A stretch of DNA of 64,000 nt from Patescibacteria group bacterium (GTDB taxonomy: Bacteria; Patescibacteriota; Microgenomatia; UBA12405): NCBI GenBank assembly GCA_038062455.1, contig JBBTXE010000001.1, forward strand, positions 250,371 to 314,370, given 5' to 3'. A model generated the notes under the pieces. It did not search any database and had not been told where the DNA came from. It worked only from the letters and a program-made list of their open reading frames with translations. Positions 1 to 9,663 of the stretch are shown piece after piece; position 1 is the stretch's first letter; the number at the start of each line of letters is the position of its first letter. Both the position numbers and the translations under genes were made by a program.

Positions 1-260
1 GGGACGAAAAATATTTTTTCTTTTTCGAAGATCTTGAGCTTTGCCGCCAAATTTGGGCTAGGGATTTCCAGGTATATTTTTATCCAAAATGCTCTGTTAT
101 TCATCGCCACGGCGTCAGCGGTAAAAACTTAGCTCCCTCGGTTACCCAATGGCGACGCCTAATTCCAGGCAGTATTAAGTACCATGGTCTTTTTTATCAC
201 TCCCTATTAAATCTAGTCATCTGGTCCGGTCAAAAATGGCAAAAACTAAAATCATTTTAG
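1..260 (+). CDS. 3' end of a family-2 glycosyltransferase (partial, start lies outside the window)
   Basis: Frame 3 is open from the window edge to TAG at 258-260. The translation DEKYFFFFEDLELCRQIWARDFQVYFYPKCSVIHRHGVSG matches the C-terminal block (FF-x-ED-x-D/E, x-H-x-G-x-S) also seen in the GT2 genes at 54600, 59468 and 62989. Confidence 0.7.
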   Translation, partial: DEKYFFFFEDLELCRQIWARDFQVYFYPKCSVIHRHGVSGKNLAPSVTQWRRLIPGSIKYHGLFYHSLLNLVIWSGQKWQKLKSF

Positions 261-1639
261 CCATTACTGCCGTAATATTTTTCTTTTTACTCTCATATCG
301 ACTTCTTGATGTTCCCACCGGTTTTACCGTCGATGAATCGGCTTTTGGCTATAATGCCGCTCTTCTGGCCCGTACCGGCTATGACGAAAACGGAGATAAA
401 TTTCCAGTTTTTGTTAATTCAATAAATCATAGTGACTGGCGCCAACCCTGGACCCAATATTACATCACCTTATTTTTTAAAATATTCGGGATAAGTATTT
501 ACAATCTCCGCCTTAGTAGTGTCGTTCTCACCCTTATTTCCGCTTTACTTCTTTTTTATTTCGTTAAACTGCTTCTTGGTCAAAAATTAGCTTTTTTCTC
601 CTTGATTCTGTATCTAATTACCCCGGTAGTCTTTATGCACTCTCATCTTGGATTAGACAACATTATGACGGTTCCTTTCACCCTTTTATGGTTAATAAAC
701 CTTTTTAAATATACGACCGTTAAACACCGCCGTTTTCTTTTATATTCCAGTCTGGCTCTCGGTGCCTCATTCTATACCTACAAGGGTATGCGGGCAGTAG
801 TTCCGGTTTGGAGTCTGATAAGTCTTTTATATATATTTAAACTAAAACCCCGAGATACAATTTATTTTTTAGCTGGACTTCTCCCCTTTGCTCTGGCAGT
901 ACCGATTCTTCACCACTATTATCCTGGTGCTATCTTTGGCGGTGCCCGTCCCAAGTTTGACGGCATCTACAACTTTTTTTATTCCTATCTTTCCCATTAC
1001 GATTTAAATTTTTTGTTTATCCGGGGCGATGCCCTTCTCTTTCATTCGACTCAAATCCATGGCATGTATTTACTAGCTTCTGCCCCGCTTTTTTTCTTAG
1101 GGATATACCAAGCCATCAGAAAAAAGAAATTTTGGGGTTTTCTTTTAATTGCTTTTTTGACTGCCCTGGCTCTCTATGGTTTGGTTGAATCTACTTATCG
1201 GGCCAGCCGGATTATTTGTCTGGTCCCGCTTTACGTTTCACTTTCTGCACTTGGTTTTGACTTTTTAATCCGCCAAAAAAGAAAAATTATACCACTAATT
1301 TTGGGTTGCCTAATCCTTATCAATTTTATTGATTTTGCCAAATATTACTGGTTTACTTACCCTAAATTCACTGAAAATATCTTTGGTCACCTGACCCGGG
1401 ATATTTCCTTTCGAATATTTTCTGATGAAGCCAAATCAAAAGGACTTAACCCTTATGTCGATCGGGATATTTTTGAAGGTTTCTTTGCGGCTATTCATTT
1501 TGAAAAACTTCCCCAAATTCTTGACAATCAATCACTTCCGCCCTGGGGATCCATTTATTTAACCTCCAAAGATAACCTACTCGGTTTTACCAAACTTGAT
1601 CTTAAACTTCCCGAGTTTAATCTATTTACTTTTCCATGA
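236..1639 (+). CDS. PMT/ArnT-type GT-C membrane glycosyltransferase, paralog 1 (GT39/GT83-like)
   Basis: 467 aa polytopic protein. First-loop acidic motif VDESAFGYNA, then TGYDENGDKFPVF. Blocks YTYKGMRA and NFLFIRGD are shared with the other six paralogs. Confidence 0.75.
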   Translation: MAKTKIILAITAVIFFFLLSYRLLDVPTGFTVDESAFGYNAALLARTGYDENGDKFPVFVNSINHSDWRQPWTQYYITLFFKIFGISIYNLRLSSVVLTLISALLLFYFVKLLLGQKLAFFSLILYLITPVVFMHSHLGLDNIMTVPFTLLWLINLFKYTTVKHRRFLLYSSLALGASFYTYKGMRAVVPVWSLISLLYIFKLKPRDTIYFLAGLLPFALAVPILHHYYPGAIFGGARPKFDGIYNFFYSYLSHYDLNFLFIRGDALLFHSTQIHGMYLLASAPLFFLGIYQAIRKKKFWGFLLIAFLTALALYGLVESTYRASRIICLVPLYVSLSALGFDFLIRQKRKIIPLILGCLILINFIDFAKYYWFTYPKFTENIFGHLTRDISFRIFSDEAKSKGLNPYVDRDIFEGFFAAIHFEKLPQILDNQSLPPWGSIYLTSKDNLLGFTKLDLKLPEFNLFTFP

Positions 1640-2799
1640 GCCTTACCAAAACCATTATTTTAGCCCTAATTCTCCGCTTATTAGTTGCCCCCTTCTTTTA
1701 CCACCCTGATCTAAAAAGCCAGCATTTTCATTTCCAATTTTTGTCCCATGGTGTTTCCAATATCTATCAATATATCGCCACCAATAAAAATTCTCTTCCC
1801 TACCGCGATACCTTTAATTATCTTCCCCTAACCTATTTTTCCCTGGGGACCTACCATGCCTTATTAAAACCACTCTTTCCCCAAAATCTTTCCGTCTGGT
1901 TGAATGATTGGAGCGCCGCTCAAAACTCCTACGATAATTTTCCTTTTTTTATGTTAATTCTTAAACTACCCTATTTCCTTTTCGACCTCGGCATTTCCTT
2001 TATACTTCTAAAGCTCTACGGTAAAAAGATTTTTTATCTCTGGCTTTTTAATCCCCTAAATTTATATCTAATCTACATTTTAGGAAACTTTGATGTTATC
2101 CCCGTCTTCTTTACCGCCCTGTCATGGTATTTTCTTAAGTCATCACCAAAATATTTATCATTTCTAACTCTCGGGATCGCCACTGCTCTTAAACTTTATC
2201 CGGTACTCTTTCTACCTTTTTTTCTTTTATATAAACCCAAAAGTATATTTAGAAATCTTCTTTTCTTTTTTCTCCCCCCAATTCTTACAGTCTTACCCTT
2301 TGTTGGCAGTCAACCCTTTATCAATTCCCTAACCTCATCCGGCCTTAGTCAAAAAATATTAGAGTTTAAAATTTGGTATTTGCCGGTTTTTCCCGCCGTC
2401 TATCTTTTAATTCTATCAAATTTTCTTCGTCATCGACACCTGGAAAAAACTCTTCTCCATGTCTTTTTAGCTTTCATTGTTTTTGTCGATTTCCACGCCC
2501 AATGGCTGCTATGGTTTTTACCCTTTATTCTGACGACGGTTTTTAAGACCAAGCTAAGATCTCTTATCTTCATCCTAATTTCCTGTCTCTGCCTCCTGTA
2601 CATCATAATTACTGATGATAATTTTTTGTTTTGGGGACATCTAACTCCGGTTTCTCCGGCCTTTGTTTTTCTTCGCCATCCTCATGAAATTTTCCGCTAC
2701 CGTTTTCTAACCGATCCTTACCTTATTCAAAAATATATCAAAATTCTTTTAGCCCTTTTTTCTTTTTGTCTTATCTTTTCTAAAAATGAAAAAAATTAG
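1636..2799 (+). CDS. Polytopic membrane protein, probable GT-C glycosyltransferase (DUF2029/GT87-like)
   Basis: 387 aa, almost entirely hydrophobic. YHPDLKSQ loop after TM1 and an ALKLYPVLFLPFF block. ATGA start/stop overlap with the upstream gene. Confidence 0.45.
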   Translation: MSLTKTIILALILRLLVAPFFYHPDLKSQHFHFQFLSHGVSNIYQYIATNKNSLPYRDTFNYLPLTYFSLGTYHALLKPLFPQNLSVWLNDWSAAQNSYDNFPFFMLILKLPYFLFDLGISFILLKLYGKKIFYLWLFNPLNLYLIYILGNFDVIPVFFTALSWYFLKSSPKYLSFLTLGIATALKLYPVLFLPFFLLYKPKSIFRNLLFFFLPPILTVLPFVGSQPFINSLTSSGLSQKILEFKIWYLPVFPAVYLLILSNFLRHRHLEKTLLHVFLAFIVFVDFHAQWLLWFLPFILTTVFKTKLRSLIFILISCLCLLYIIITDDNFLFWGHLTPVSPAFVFLRHPHEIFRYRFLTDPYLIQKYIKILLALFSFCLIFSKNEKN

Positions 2800-3364
2800 T
2801 CTGCTGATTTTAGAAATAATTTTTCTGGTATTTTTATTGATTCTTTTGCCTGCCCTATTGCTTTCCGAAACCAAATATTTTTTTCGTGAAGGCGGTACTT
2901 ATCAAATCGCTTTAAATTCAGGTAAGGAGTATCGTCTTGTTTTTGGTCATCCCCCCAACCTTAATTCTCTTTCATTAAGGCTTAAAAACCCCCTTATTCA
3001 AAATAACAGCCGCATTGAAATTAATCTTGAAAACAACACTCAACAAAGTCTGGCTAAATTTGTTTTTTACGGTTCAAATGTCGGTGACCCCGGATGGGTT
3101 GATTTTGATTTCCCTCCTCAAAGCGGCACCTCTTATCTCTTAAAACTTTCCACCGACAACACTGTTCCTGAATCGCTCTTTCTATTAAGTGACCCGCCGG
3201 GCAATTGGGATCTCAAAAGCACCTACAAAACTACCAAGTTTACCAATCGGTTAAACGATACCCTCAAAAGTTTTTTAAACCGGATCCAAAAAATGGATAA
3301 AATATATCTGTCGCTTTATCTATTTACATTCATCGGTCTTAACTGGCTATTTATCAAAAAATGA
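2786..3364 (+). CDS. Bitopic membrane protein (N- and C-terminal TM helices, roughly 140 aa ectodomain), function unknown
   Basis: 192 aa. Hydrophobic N-terminus LLILEIIFLVFLLILLPALLL and C-terminus IYLSLYLFTFIGLNWLFI. Overlaps both neighbouring genes, consistent with one operon. Confidence 0.5.
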   Translation: MKKISLLILEIIFLVFLLILLPALLLSETKYFFREGGTYQIALNSGKEYRLVFGHPPNLNSLSLRLKNPLIQNNSRIEINLENNTQQSLAKFVFYGSNVGDPGWVDFDFPPQSGTSYLLKLSTDNTVPESLFLLSDPPGNWDLKSTYKTTKFTNRLNDTLKSFLNRIQKMDKIYLSLYLFTFIGLNWLFIKK

Positions 3365-5076
3365 AACAACCCCGTTTATTATTTTTCATCCTCTTATTTG
3401 CCGCTCTAATCCGGCTGTTTTTGTTAAACTCCTTTCCCACCGGCATTAGCAACGATGAACTTCATTTTGTTCTTAACGCCAAATCAGTTTTTCTTCAGTT
3501 TACCGATTTGGCTCGAAACGGTTGGAACCCTCTTAGCCTTCAAACTATTCCCCAAGAAGCCAGTTCCGAACTCACCTTTCTTCTGGCGGCTCCTTTTATC
3601 GGCTCCCTGCCCTTATCGCTTTTTTGGAGCAAGTTATTTTATGTTCTTATTTCCCTAACAACTATTTTTCTCACCTACAAAATAGTTCTGATACTTATCA
3701 ACCCCAAAATAGCCTTAATTTCTGCCGCTGTTTTTGCTTTAAATCCATGGTCTGTCTATGTTAGCAAAACCGCCTTTGACGCTCCGGTTGCCCTCTGTTT
3801 CTTTCTTCTTTTTATTTACCTTACCCTCATTCTCCGGGGATGGAAAGTGCTTTTAAGTCTTTTCCCCGCCCTTATCGGCTTTTATAGCTATATTGGCACC
3901 AAAGTAATATTTATCCCCCTTGTTTTAATTGTTTCCTATTTTTCCTTTCATTTCCAAAAGAAATCCCAAATTCTTCCATATCTGGTTTTAGTCTTTGGCA
4001 GCCTTTTTATCGTTATCTTTTATTATTTAAATATTCAAAAAAGTTCTGCCCTAAATCGATTTTCTGAACTTATTTCTCCCAACAATCCGCAAATTTTATA
4101 CCAGAGTCAAACCGATAAAAACCTCTCTCTCCGCTCTCCCTTCAAACCCGTCTTCAGCTCTCCGGTGGCGGTGCTATTCCGGCAATCGTTTAGTAAATAT
4201 CTTAATAATTTTTCCCCCGACATATTATTTTTAACCGGCGACCACACCTACATGGTTTCACTTTGGCAACACGGCTATTTCTATTATTTGGATGTATTGT
4301 TCCTTTTACTTGGATTAATTTATCTATTTTGGAAACAGAGACCTGCTTTTTTATTATTAACTAGTCTTATATTGATTTCGCCCATTCCCGAAGCCATTCG
4401 AATCGACCGGATCCCTGCCTACGCCTTCCATTCAGTTCTTCAGTATCCATTTTTAATTATTCTAATTTCAGCCGGTATTTACTTTACCCTCAATTCCATT
4501 CCTAAATTAAAATACCCTTTGTTATTCGCCTACACCCTCCTTTTCCTAAATTTCATCGATATCTATTTTTTCCGTTATCCGATTTTCCAGTCTGAAGGCT
4601 TTAACTTTTCCCGTCGTCTTCTCTCCCGCTATCTTTCGCTGGAATCAACCAAAAGCCCAATAATTTCAGTGCTGGCCAAAGAACCCGAATCTCTTTTTAG
4701 AAACTATTTATTTTTTAACAATCTGGTTACCCGGGAAAACCTAAATCAAATAAGTGAAATCTACCAACACAGTCAAAAACGTCAACATTTTATCTGGAAA
4801 AATATTCTTATAACCGGCAACCTGGCTGACATCAATCCCCAAGGCGTGGTAATTTCTGATATAGATATTACTGATCCAAAATATTTATCATCTGATAAAT
4901 TCAGTATTGCCAGACTGTCAGACCCGGGGGAAATATTCAATATTTATCGTGGTATTACCTGCTCATCTGCCAAACTCGATCCTTTTACCCACCATCTTAA
5001 CTTTACTGATTTCAATCTCGAATTCCTTCCTGAAAATCAATTCTGTCAAAAATTCATTATCAAAACTTTTGACTAG
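3361..5076 (+). CDS. PMT/ArnT-type GT-C membrane glycosyltransferase, paralog 2 (divergent)
   Basis: 571 aa polytopic protein. NDELHFVLNA first-loop motif. Blocks NPWSVYVSKTAFD, YSYIGTKV and DILFLTGDH align with the other paralogs. Confidence 0.7.
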   Translation: MKQPRLLFFILLFAALIRLFLLNSFPTGISNDELHFVLNAKSVFLQFTDLARNGWNPLSLQTIPQEASSELTFLLAAPFIGSLPLSLFWSKLFYVLISLTTIFLTYKIVLILINPKIALISAAVFALNPWSVYVSKTAFDAPVALCFFLLFIYLTLILRGWKVLLSLFPALIGFYSYIGTKVIFIPLVLIVSYFSFHFQKKSQILPYLVLVFGSLFIVIFYYLNIQKSSALNRFSELISPNNPQILYQSQTDKNLSLRSPFKPVFSSPVAVLFRQSFSKYLNNFSPDILFLTGDHTYMVSLWQHGYFYYLDVLFLLLGLIYLFWKQRPAFLLLTSLILISPIPEAIRIDRIPAYAFHSVLQYPFLIILISAGIYFTLNSIPKLKYPLLFAYTLLFLNFIDIYFFRYPIFQSEGFNFSRRLLSRYLSLESTKSPIISVLAKEPESLFRNYLFFNNLVTRENLNQISEIYQHSQKRQHFIWKNILITGNLADINPQGVVISDIDITDPKYLSSDKFSIARLSDPGEIFNIYRGITCSSAKLDPFTHHLNFTDFNLEFLPENQFCQKFIIKTFD

Positions 5077-6743
5077 TCCAGAGTCACCATCACCGAGGAG
5101 TTATAAGGCCTAACCGGATTTTTCAAGTAATAGGCCTTGGCGTTTGGAGTTTTGTCAATCTCATCCTGATTGGTAGTCGCCGGCATCCACAAAATTGTCT
5201 TTGTTAATTTATTATCTTCGTACCAATTTATTTTTCTGAATTTAAATTTGTCGAAATCAAAATCCCAGCTCCCCTCGTCAGAAGCTTTTACCCGGGTTGG
5301 TGCATATGATTGAATTGTTTTTGGGTCATAAGCGCCATAAAACAAAAAGAAAATATAGCTTTGAGCGTGAGGGGAGTCAATAATCACCCCATCATAATCT
5401 TTCAACATCGACATCAATAAAGGGATTCCTTCCTTAAATCCCCCCGGCTGATATTCACCATGATTCTCCCAAACTGAATAAACAAATTCGTTGTTAACAA
5501 TAAAGATAGACTGCCAAATAAATACCGTGCCCAATAAAATTGCCAACCATTTTCGCCCTTTTAACCATCGGTTGACAATAAATAAAAAACCCCAAACCAT
5601 AATAATTTCAATCGCCGGCAAAGCGTTTAAAACCCGCAGCGAATGGAACCAATTCCAGGTCAGAGCCGCCGGAGCTGCGCCGGCCAAAATCCAATAAAAA
5701 AAATATCGATAATTAAATTTCTTTATATTTTTTACTAATATAATCAATCCGATAATCAAAAAAAATATCTCCAGCCAGCCAAAGAGATTAAACTCCGGTA
5801 TATATTGAACCGACTTTCTCACCCATAAAAATATATTGGTCGAAAAATTAACCGGTGAAAAGTAGGCCGAAAAATGACCCAGAATAATACCTAAAAAGTA
5901 ATAAACCGGGCTAATTCGTAACCAGCTTATTAAATTATTTTCAAATAACTCCGATGGTGCAAACGGGGAAAACTTAACAAAAACATTTTCCTGTCTAAAG
6001 CGGGTCATCACCTCCCGTCCGCCGGAATTTGAAAATACCGGTATTAGCAAAATCACAAACAGGGCTATCCAAAATAATCTTGGCAACTTCCTGACAATAT
6101 CAACCACCCCTGTTTTCCAAAGCCAGCTTAAAGGATCAAACAAAACCAAACCCAGCAACAACGGCGCGGCCAATCGCGCCGAGTGATAGCTATATGCCGA
6201 CAATAACAACGGCACCATACTCGCTGTCAGCCATTTCCAATCGAACCTTTTTCCATCCCGGCGGGCCCTAAACAAACACCAAGCCCCAAAAATAAAAAAC
6301 GCTGCTGACAAATTTGTTTCTAAAGCGGTCCGTGAAAAATGAATTCTCCAGGGTTCCAGCGCCAAAAAGAACAAAACCAACAACCTCAAAACCGGTTTTT
6401 TTACCCAAGTAGATAATAAAAGCCAAAGTCCAAGAACACTAAAGGTGCCGGCCACAGCCGACACTGCCCGGGTAGAATTTTGATTCAATCCCCAAGCCTT
6501 AACGAAAGGAACGGTGAGAACCGAATATAGTGCTGGTTTATAGTCGTTAAACGATCTTAAGCTCAACGGCCAACTCTTCCCATATTCATCCTTACCGGTA
6601 GTTAATAAACAATAGGCATTGTAGCCTAAAGACGCCTCATCCCAATTAATTGATATCGGGCTTTTTTCCAGACCGTACCCTCTTAAAAACAAAGCCATAC
6701 CTAATATTAAAATTAAACCAAACACGACCAAAATATTTTTCAT
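5073..6743 (-). CDS. PMT/ArnT-type GT-C membrane glycosyltransferase, paralog 3
   Basis: 556 aa. Motifs WDEASLGYNAY, TGKDEYGKSWPL..FNDYKP, EPWRIHFSRTALETN, YSYHSARL, and the C-terminal block SYIFFLFYGAYDP. Confidence 0.8.
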   Translation of the reverse strand: MKNILVVFGLILILGMALFLRGYGLEKSPISINWDEASLGYNAYCLLTTGKDEYGKSWPLSLRSFNDYKPALYSVLTVPFVKAWGLNQNSTRAVSAVAGTFSVLGLWLLLSTWVKKPVLRLLVLFFLALEPWRIHFSRTALETNLSAAFFIFGAWCLFRARRDGKRFDWKWLTASMVPLLLSAYSYHSARLAAPLLLGLVLFDPLSWLWKTGVVDIVRKLPRLFWIALFVILLIPVFSNSGGREVMTRFRQENVFVKFSPFAPSELFENNLISWLRISPVYYFLGIILGHFSAYFSPVNFSTNIFLWVRKSVQYIPEFNLFGWLEIFFLIIGLIILVKNIKKFNYRYFFYWILAGAAPAALTWNWFHSLRVLNALPAIEIIMVWGFLFIVNRWLKGRKWLAILLGTVFIWQSIFIVNNEFVYSVWENHGEYQPGGFKEGIPLLMSMLKDYDGVIIDSPHAQSYIFFLFYGAYDPKTIQSYAPTRVKASDEGSWDFDFDKFKFRKINWYEDNKLTKTILWMPATTNQDEIDKTPNAKAYYLKNPVRPYNSSVMVTLD

Positions 6744-8038
6744 TTAAGTTTGGCGACTACTAAATTAAAACCGTATTGATTGGCAATATTATCCCGCAGA
6801 GCTCTGAATGAAACCACCTCAAAACCGTCATCGGTTAACCTTTTAGTAATATTATCCGGAAAAAAATTTTTAAAATTTGGACCAACAAACTCCCCCTCAA
6901 ATCCGGCGTAGCTTATATCTCTTTGGGGGGGAGATTCTTTAAAATTAAACCCGGCCAGAGTAAAGTTGGCATCACATCGACCCCCCAAAAAATATTGACA
7001 GTAAAGAACCGCATTGGCCACCCGATCAGTGACCTGAATTTTTCCGGGTAAATTTCTGACAGTTTCAAAAAAATATTTATATACCAAAGGGCGGTTATCC
7101 AGCCAATAATCGGGACGATTAGATAAATCGTAAATAAACGCCTGATAACCATAAAAAAATAATAATAGGAAAATCATCAGATAAAGTTTAGATTTTCTCA
7201 AAAAAATCAAAGCCTCTGCTATCAGAAAAGCCAAAAAAGGCAGTATCAAACTATATCGTAATGATCCGTCCGATTTCGAAAACAAATAACCAAAAAAAGC
7301 CAAACACCCCAAATACCCCAACATTTTTTTATAATTCATTTTTTTACCTTGAAGCCCTGAATACAAACCAAGCAAAGCCAACAAAAATCCCGGCCAATAA
7401 AACAAAATCAGTGCTTTTTTACCGGCGGGATGAATTTCCTGAAAAAACCAGGGCTCCAAATCCCAAAAGGAAATTAACTCCTTTAAAGTCGATGACATCA
7501 TCCAGGAAATTTTGTTATAGGAAATTCTTCGCCACCACAAAGGCAGTTCAATTTTCTCAATTAGGTTATCTTCACGTATAAATTTTTCCGTTACCTCTAA
7601 TTTGGCTCGAGTCGGCTCATATATTTCCCATATTCTTGCCTTTTCCTTATTTTGCCAAAATGAAAATGCCAACAAAAAAATTATCGGCAAAACTAAACTT
7701 TTTCGCTTCCACCGACTGGACAACCAAAAAATACCGGAAAACAAAAACCACTTTAATGATTCAACCGGATGAAGCCAAAACAAGCCAAATAAAGTCGGAG
7801 ACAAACTTAAAACTAAAACAAAATAAAAATATAAACTACTTAATTTAAATTCAATAAATATTTTATACCAAAACCAAAATGAAACAATTATCAGGCCAAA
7901 ACAAAGCGACCTTGTCCAAAAAACCGGCCATAATCCAACCAACAGCTGTTCTTCTGTCGGCGGGTAGCCAATTTTCAATCCCACCCACCACCAAACGGCC
8001 AAAACCGCTGCTATTACCCAGAAACGCCATCTCCGCAT
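6740..8038 (-). CDS. Polytopic membrane protein, function unknown
   Basis: 432 aa ORF with multiple hydrophobic segments and a C-terminal soluble region of about 110 aa. ATGA-type 4-nt overlap with the downstream GT-C gene. Confidence 0.4.
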   Translation of the reverse strand: MRRWRFWVIAAVLAVWWWVGLKIGYPPTEEQLLVGLWPVFWTRSLCFGLIIVSFWFWYKIFIEFKLSSLYFYFVLVLSLSPTLFGLFWLHPVESLKWFLFSGIFWLSSRWKRKSLVLPIIFLLAFSFWQNKEKARIWEIYEPTRAKLEVTEKFIREDNLIEKIELPLWWRRISYNKISWMMSSTLKELISFWDLEPWFFQEIHPAGKKALILFYWPGFLLALLGLYSGLQGKKMNYKKMLGYLGCLAFFGYLFSKSDGSLRYSLILPFLAFLIAEALIFLRKSKLYLMIFLLLFFYGYQAFIYDLSNRPDYWLDNRPLVYKYFFETVRNLPGKIQVTDRVANAVLYCQYFLGGRCDANFTLAGFNFKESPPQRDISYAGFEGEFVGPNFKNFFPDNITKRLTDDGFEVVSFRALRDNIANQYGFNLVVAKLK

Positions 8039-8043
8039 AGCTT

Positions 8044-8053
8044 AGTATAAAAT
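8044..8053. promoter_or_regulatory. Putative bidirectional -10 region in a 20-bp divergent spacer
   Basis: The + strand reads TAAAAT at 8048-8053, which is -11..-6 of ATG 8059. The complement of 8044-8049 reads TATACT, which is -11..-6 of the minus-strand ATG 8038. No Shine-Dalgarno-like purine run on either side. Confidence 0.4.
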
Positions 8054-8058
8054 AGGTT

Positions 8059-9663
8059 ATGCCAAAAAGCATGAAGTTAGCCCTGATAATCATCCTGGCC
8101 CTCTTTCTTCGGCTCTACTCCCTTCACTCTCTTCCTCCTGCCCTTTTCTCCGACGAGGTTGATATCGCCAATCAGGTACGTACTTTCCGCCAATCCCAAA
8201 GCGATTACTATGGTAACCGTTTTCCTATTCACTTTCATTCCTTCTCTGATTGGCGCACTCCTTTAGCGATCTATTCATCCGTTTTTATCAGTTATTTTAC
8301 CTCTGATCCGGTGCTAATTGTCCGCTTGCCGTCAGTTTTTTTTAGTCTTTTATCTATTATTTTCTTCTATCTTATTACTGATTCGTTATTAGCCGCTTTT
8401 CTCTTGGCTCTTTCTCCCTGGTCTCTTCATTTTGGCCGAACCGGTTTTGAAGTTTCCGGTATGCTTTTTACCATTCTGGCCGGACTTTTCTTTTGGCTAA
8501 AATACCATCGCTTCCCCAAAATAATCTATCTTTATCTATCACTTATCTTCTTTTGTCTGTCGCCCTATTTTTATAGCACCGCCAAACTATTTTTGATTCT
8601 TCTCTGGCCCTTATTGTTAATAATTTGGCCCAAAACCATTTTCAAATTAAAGACCAAAAATATTATATTTCTCATTTTTACCGGTATTCTTATGCTTTCG
8701 CCAATGTTAGTTGACACTCTTAGGGGACACGCCGGCTTTCGTTTTTCCTACATCAGTATTTTTACCGAACCTCATCGGGAACAAATCACCGACACTCTTC
8801 GTTATCAGGACATTCTTTTATCCCATCCAAATGAAATTGGTGTCAAAACACCATTTCTCTCGTTTATATTCCACAATAAATATCAACTTATTTTAGAAAA
8901 ATTTACCAAAAATTTTCTTTCATCCTTTTCGACTAATTTTCTATTTCTTAGAGGTGACGAAAACCTCCGTCAGGGTTTTGGCAACCATGGCCTGCTTTAT
9001 ATTATTGATTTTTTTCTTATTTTTATCGGGATTATTCTCCATTTTAAAAAACCCACTAAATTAGGTGTCTTTTTTCTTTTCTTTCTTCTCCTCTCACCCA
9101 TTCCCTTTGCCTTAACCCGCGACTCCGCCTCGCCTCATGCCACCCGATTAATTTTTATGATTTTCCCGCTTTTGTATTTTTCTTCCCTAGCCCTTAAAAA
9201 ATATCTCTATTTATTTCCCTTCTATCTTCTTTTCTTTATCAATTTTTGGCATCATTATACTATCCATTACCCCCAGATATCAGCCAGATACTGGCACTAC
9301 AATTTAAAAGAAGCAATTCTGGCCGCCAAAGAAACAAACTCTGAAACCATCTATTTTTCCGACACCGCCGAATCCTTTTTACCCTTCTTTCTTTTATACT
9401 TCCCTTACCCTGTCCCCAATACAAGCAATATTATTGCCAAAATCGCTCCTTTTGCCAGCCCTTCTTTTATCGGCTCGGAGCTAGATCAACGCTTCTTTTT
9501 TGGCCGTCTTAATTGGTCAAATTTATCAGATTTACCAACCGAATCCCTAATTGTTGCTCCGGAAAGTAACCAAAATCTTTTCCCCGCCGAACTTAAAATA
9601 ATTAAAAAAATCGACAAAAAATACATCGAAGCCGAAGCCTTCTATCTGCTCCAAAAACAATGA
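8059..9663 (+). CDS. PMT/ArnT-type GT-C membrane glycosyltransferase, paralog 4
   Basis: 534 aa. Motifs SDEVDIANQV, YYGNRFPIHFHSFSDW, SPWSLHFGRTGFE, YFYSTAKL and NFLFLRGDEN. Confidence 0.75.
   Translation: MPKSMKLALIIILALFLRLYSLHSLPPALFSDEVDIANQVRTFRQSQSDYYGNRFPIHFHSFSDWRTPLAIYSSVFISYFTSDPVLIVRLPSVFFSLLSIIFFYLITDSLLAAFLLALSPWSLHFGRTGFEVSGMLFTILAGLFFWLKYHRFPKIIYLYLSLIFFCLSPYFYSTAKLFLILLWPLLLIIWPKTIFKLKTKNIIFLIFTGILMLSPMLVDTLRGHAGFRFSYISIFTEPHREQITDTLRYQDILLSHPNEIGVKTPFLSFIFHNKYQLILEKFTKNFLSSFSTNFLFLRGDENLRQGFGNHGLLYIIDFFLIFIGIILHFKKPTKLGVFFLFFLLLSPIPFALTRDSASPHATRLIFMIFPLLYFSSLALKKYLYLFPFYLLFFINFWHHYTIHYPQISARYWHYNLKEAILAAKETNSETIYFSDTAESFLPFFLLYFPYPVPNTSNIIAKIAPFASPSFIGSELDQRFFFGRLNWSNLSDLPTESLIVAPESNQNLFPAELKIIKKIDKKYIEAEAFYLLQKQ

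Noticed and set aside
1636-1639. Alternative genetic code with UGA recoded, as in some candidate phyla
   Set aside because: ATGA start/stop overlaps (1636, 3361, 9660, 37836, 39809, 55484, 59468, 60397) and ORF ends at TGA giving normal-length proteins show that TGA functions as a stop codon.
3455-3658. Many 60-140 aa ORFs from the six-frame track nested in or antisense to long genes. Examples: 3455-3658, 5491-5697, 6913-7152, 7261-7581, 15532-15897, 27546-27974, 32429-32800, 39352-39699, 49889-50278.
   Set aside because: Each lies wholly within a longer ORF that has clear family motifs. Their translations are low-complexity products of the skewed composition and have no independent start signals.
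5073-8038. Minus-strand blocks as recently inverted or horizontally acquired islands, given their different codon and amino-acid usage
   Set aside because: Their + strand composition shows the same C>G bias as the flanking DNA. A recent inversion or import would show the opposite or no skew. The difference is explained by strand bias.
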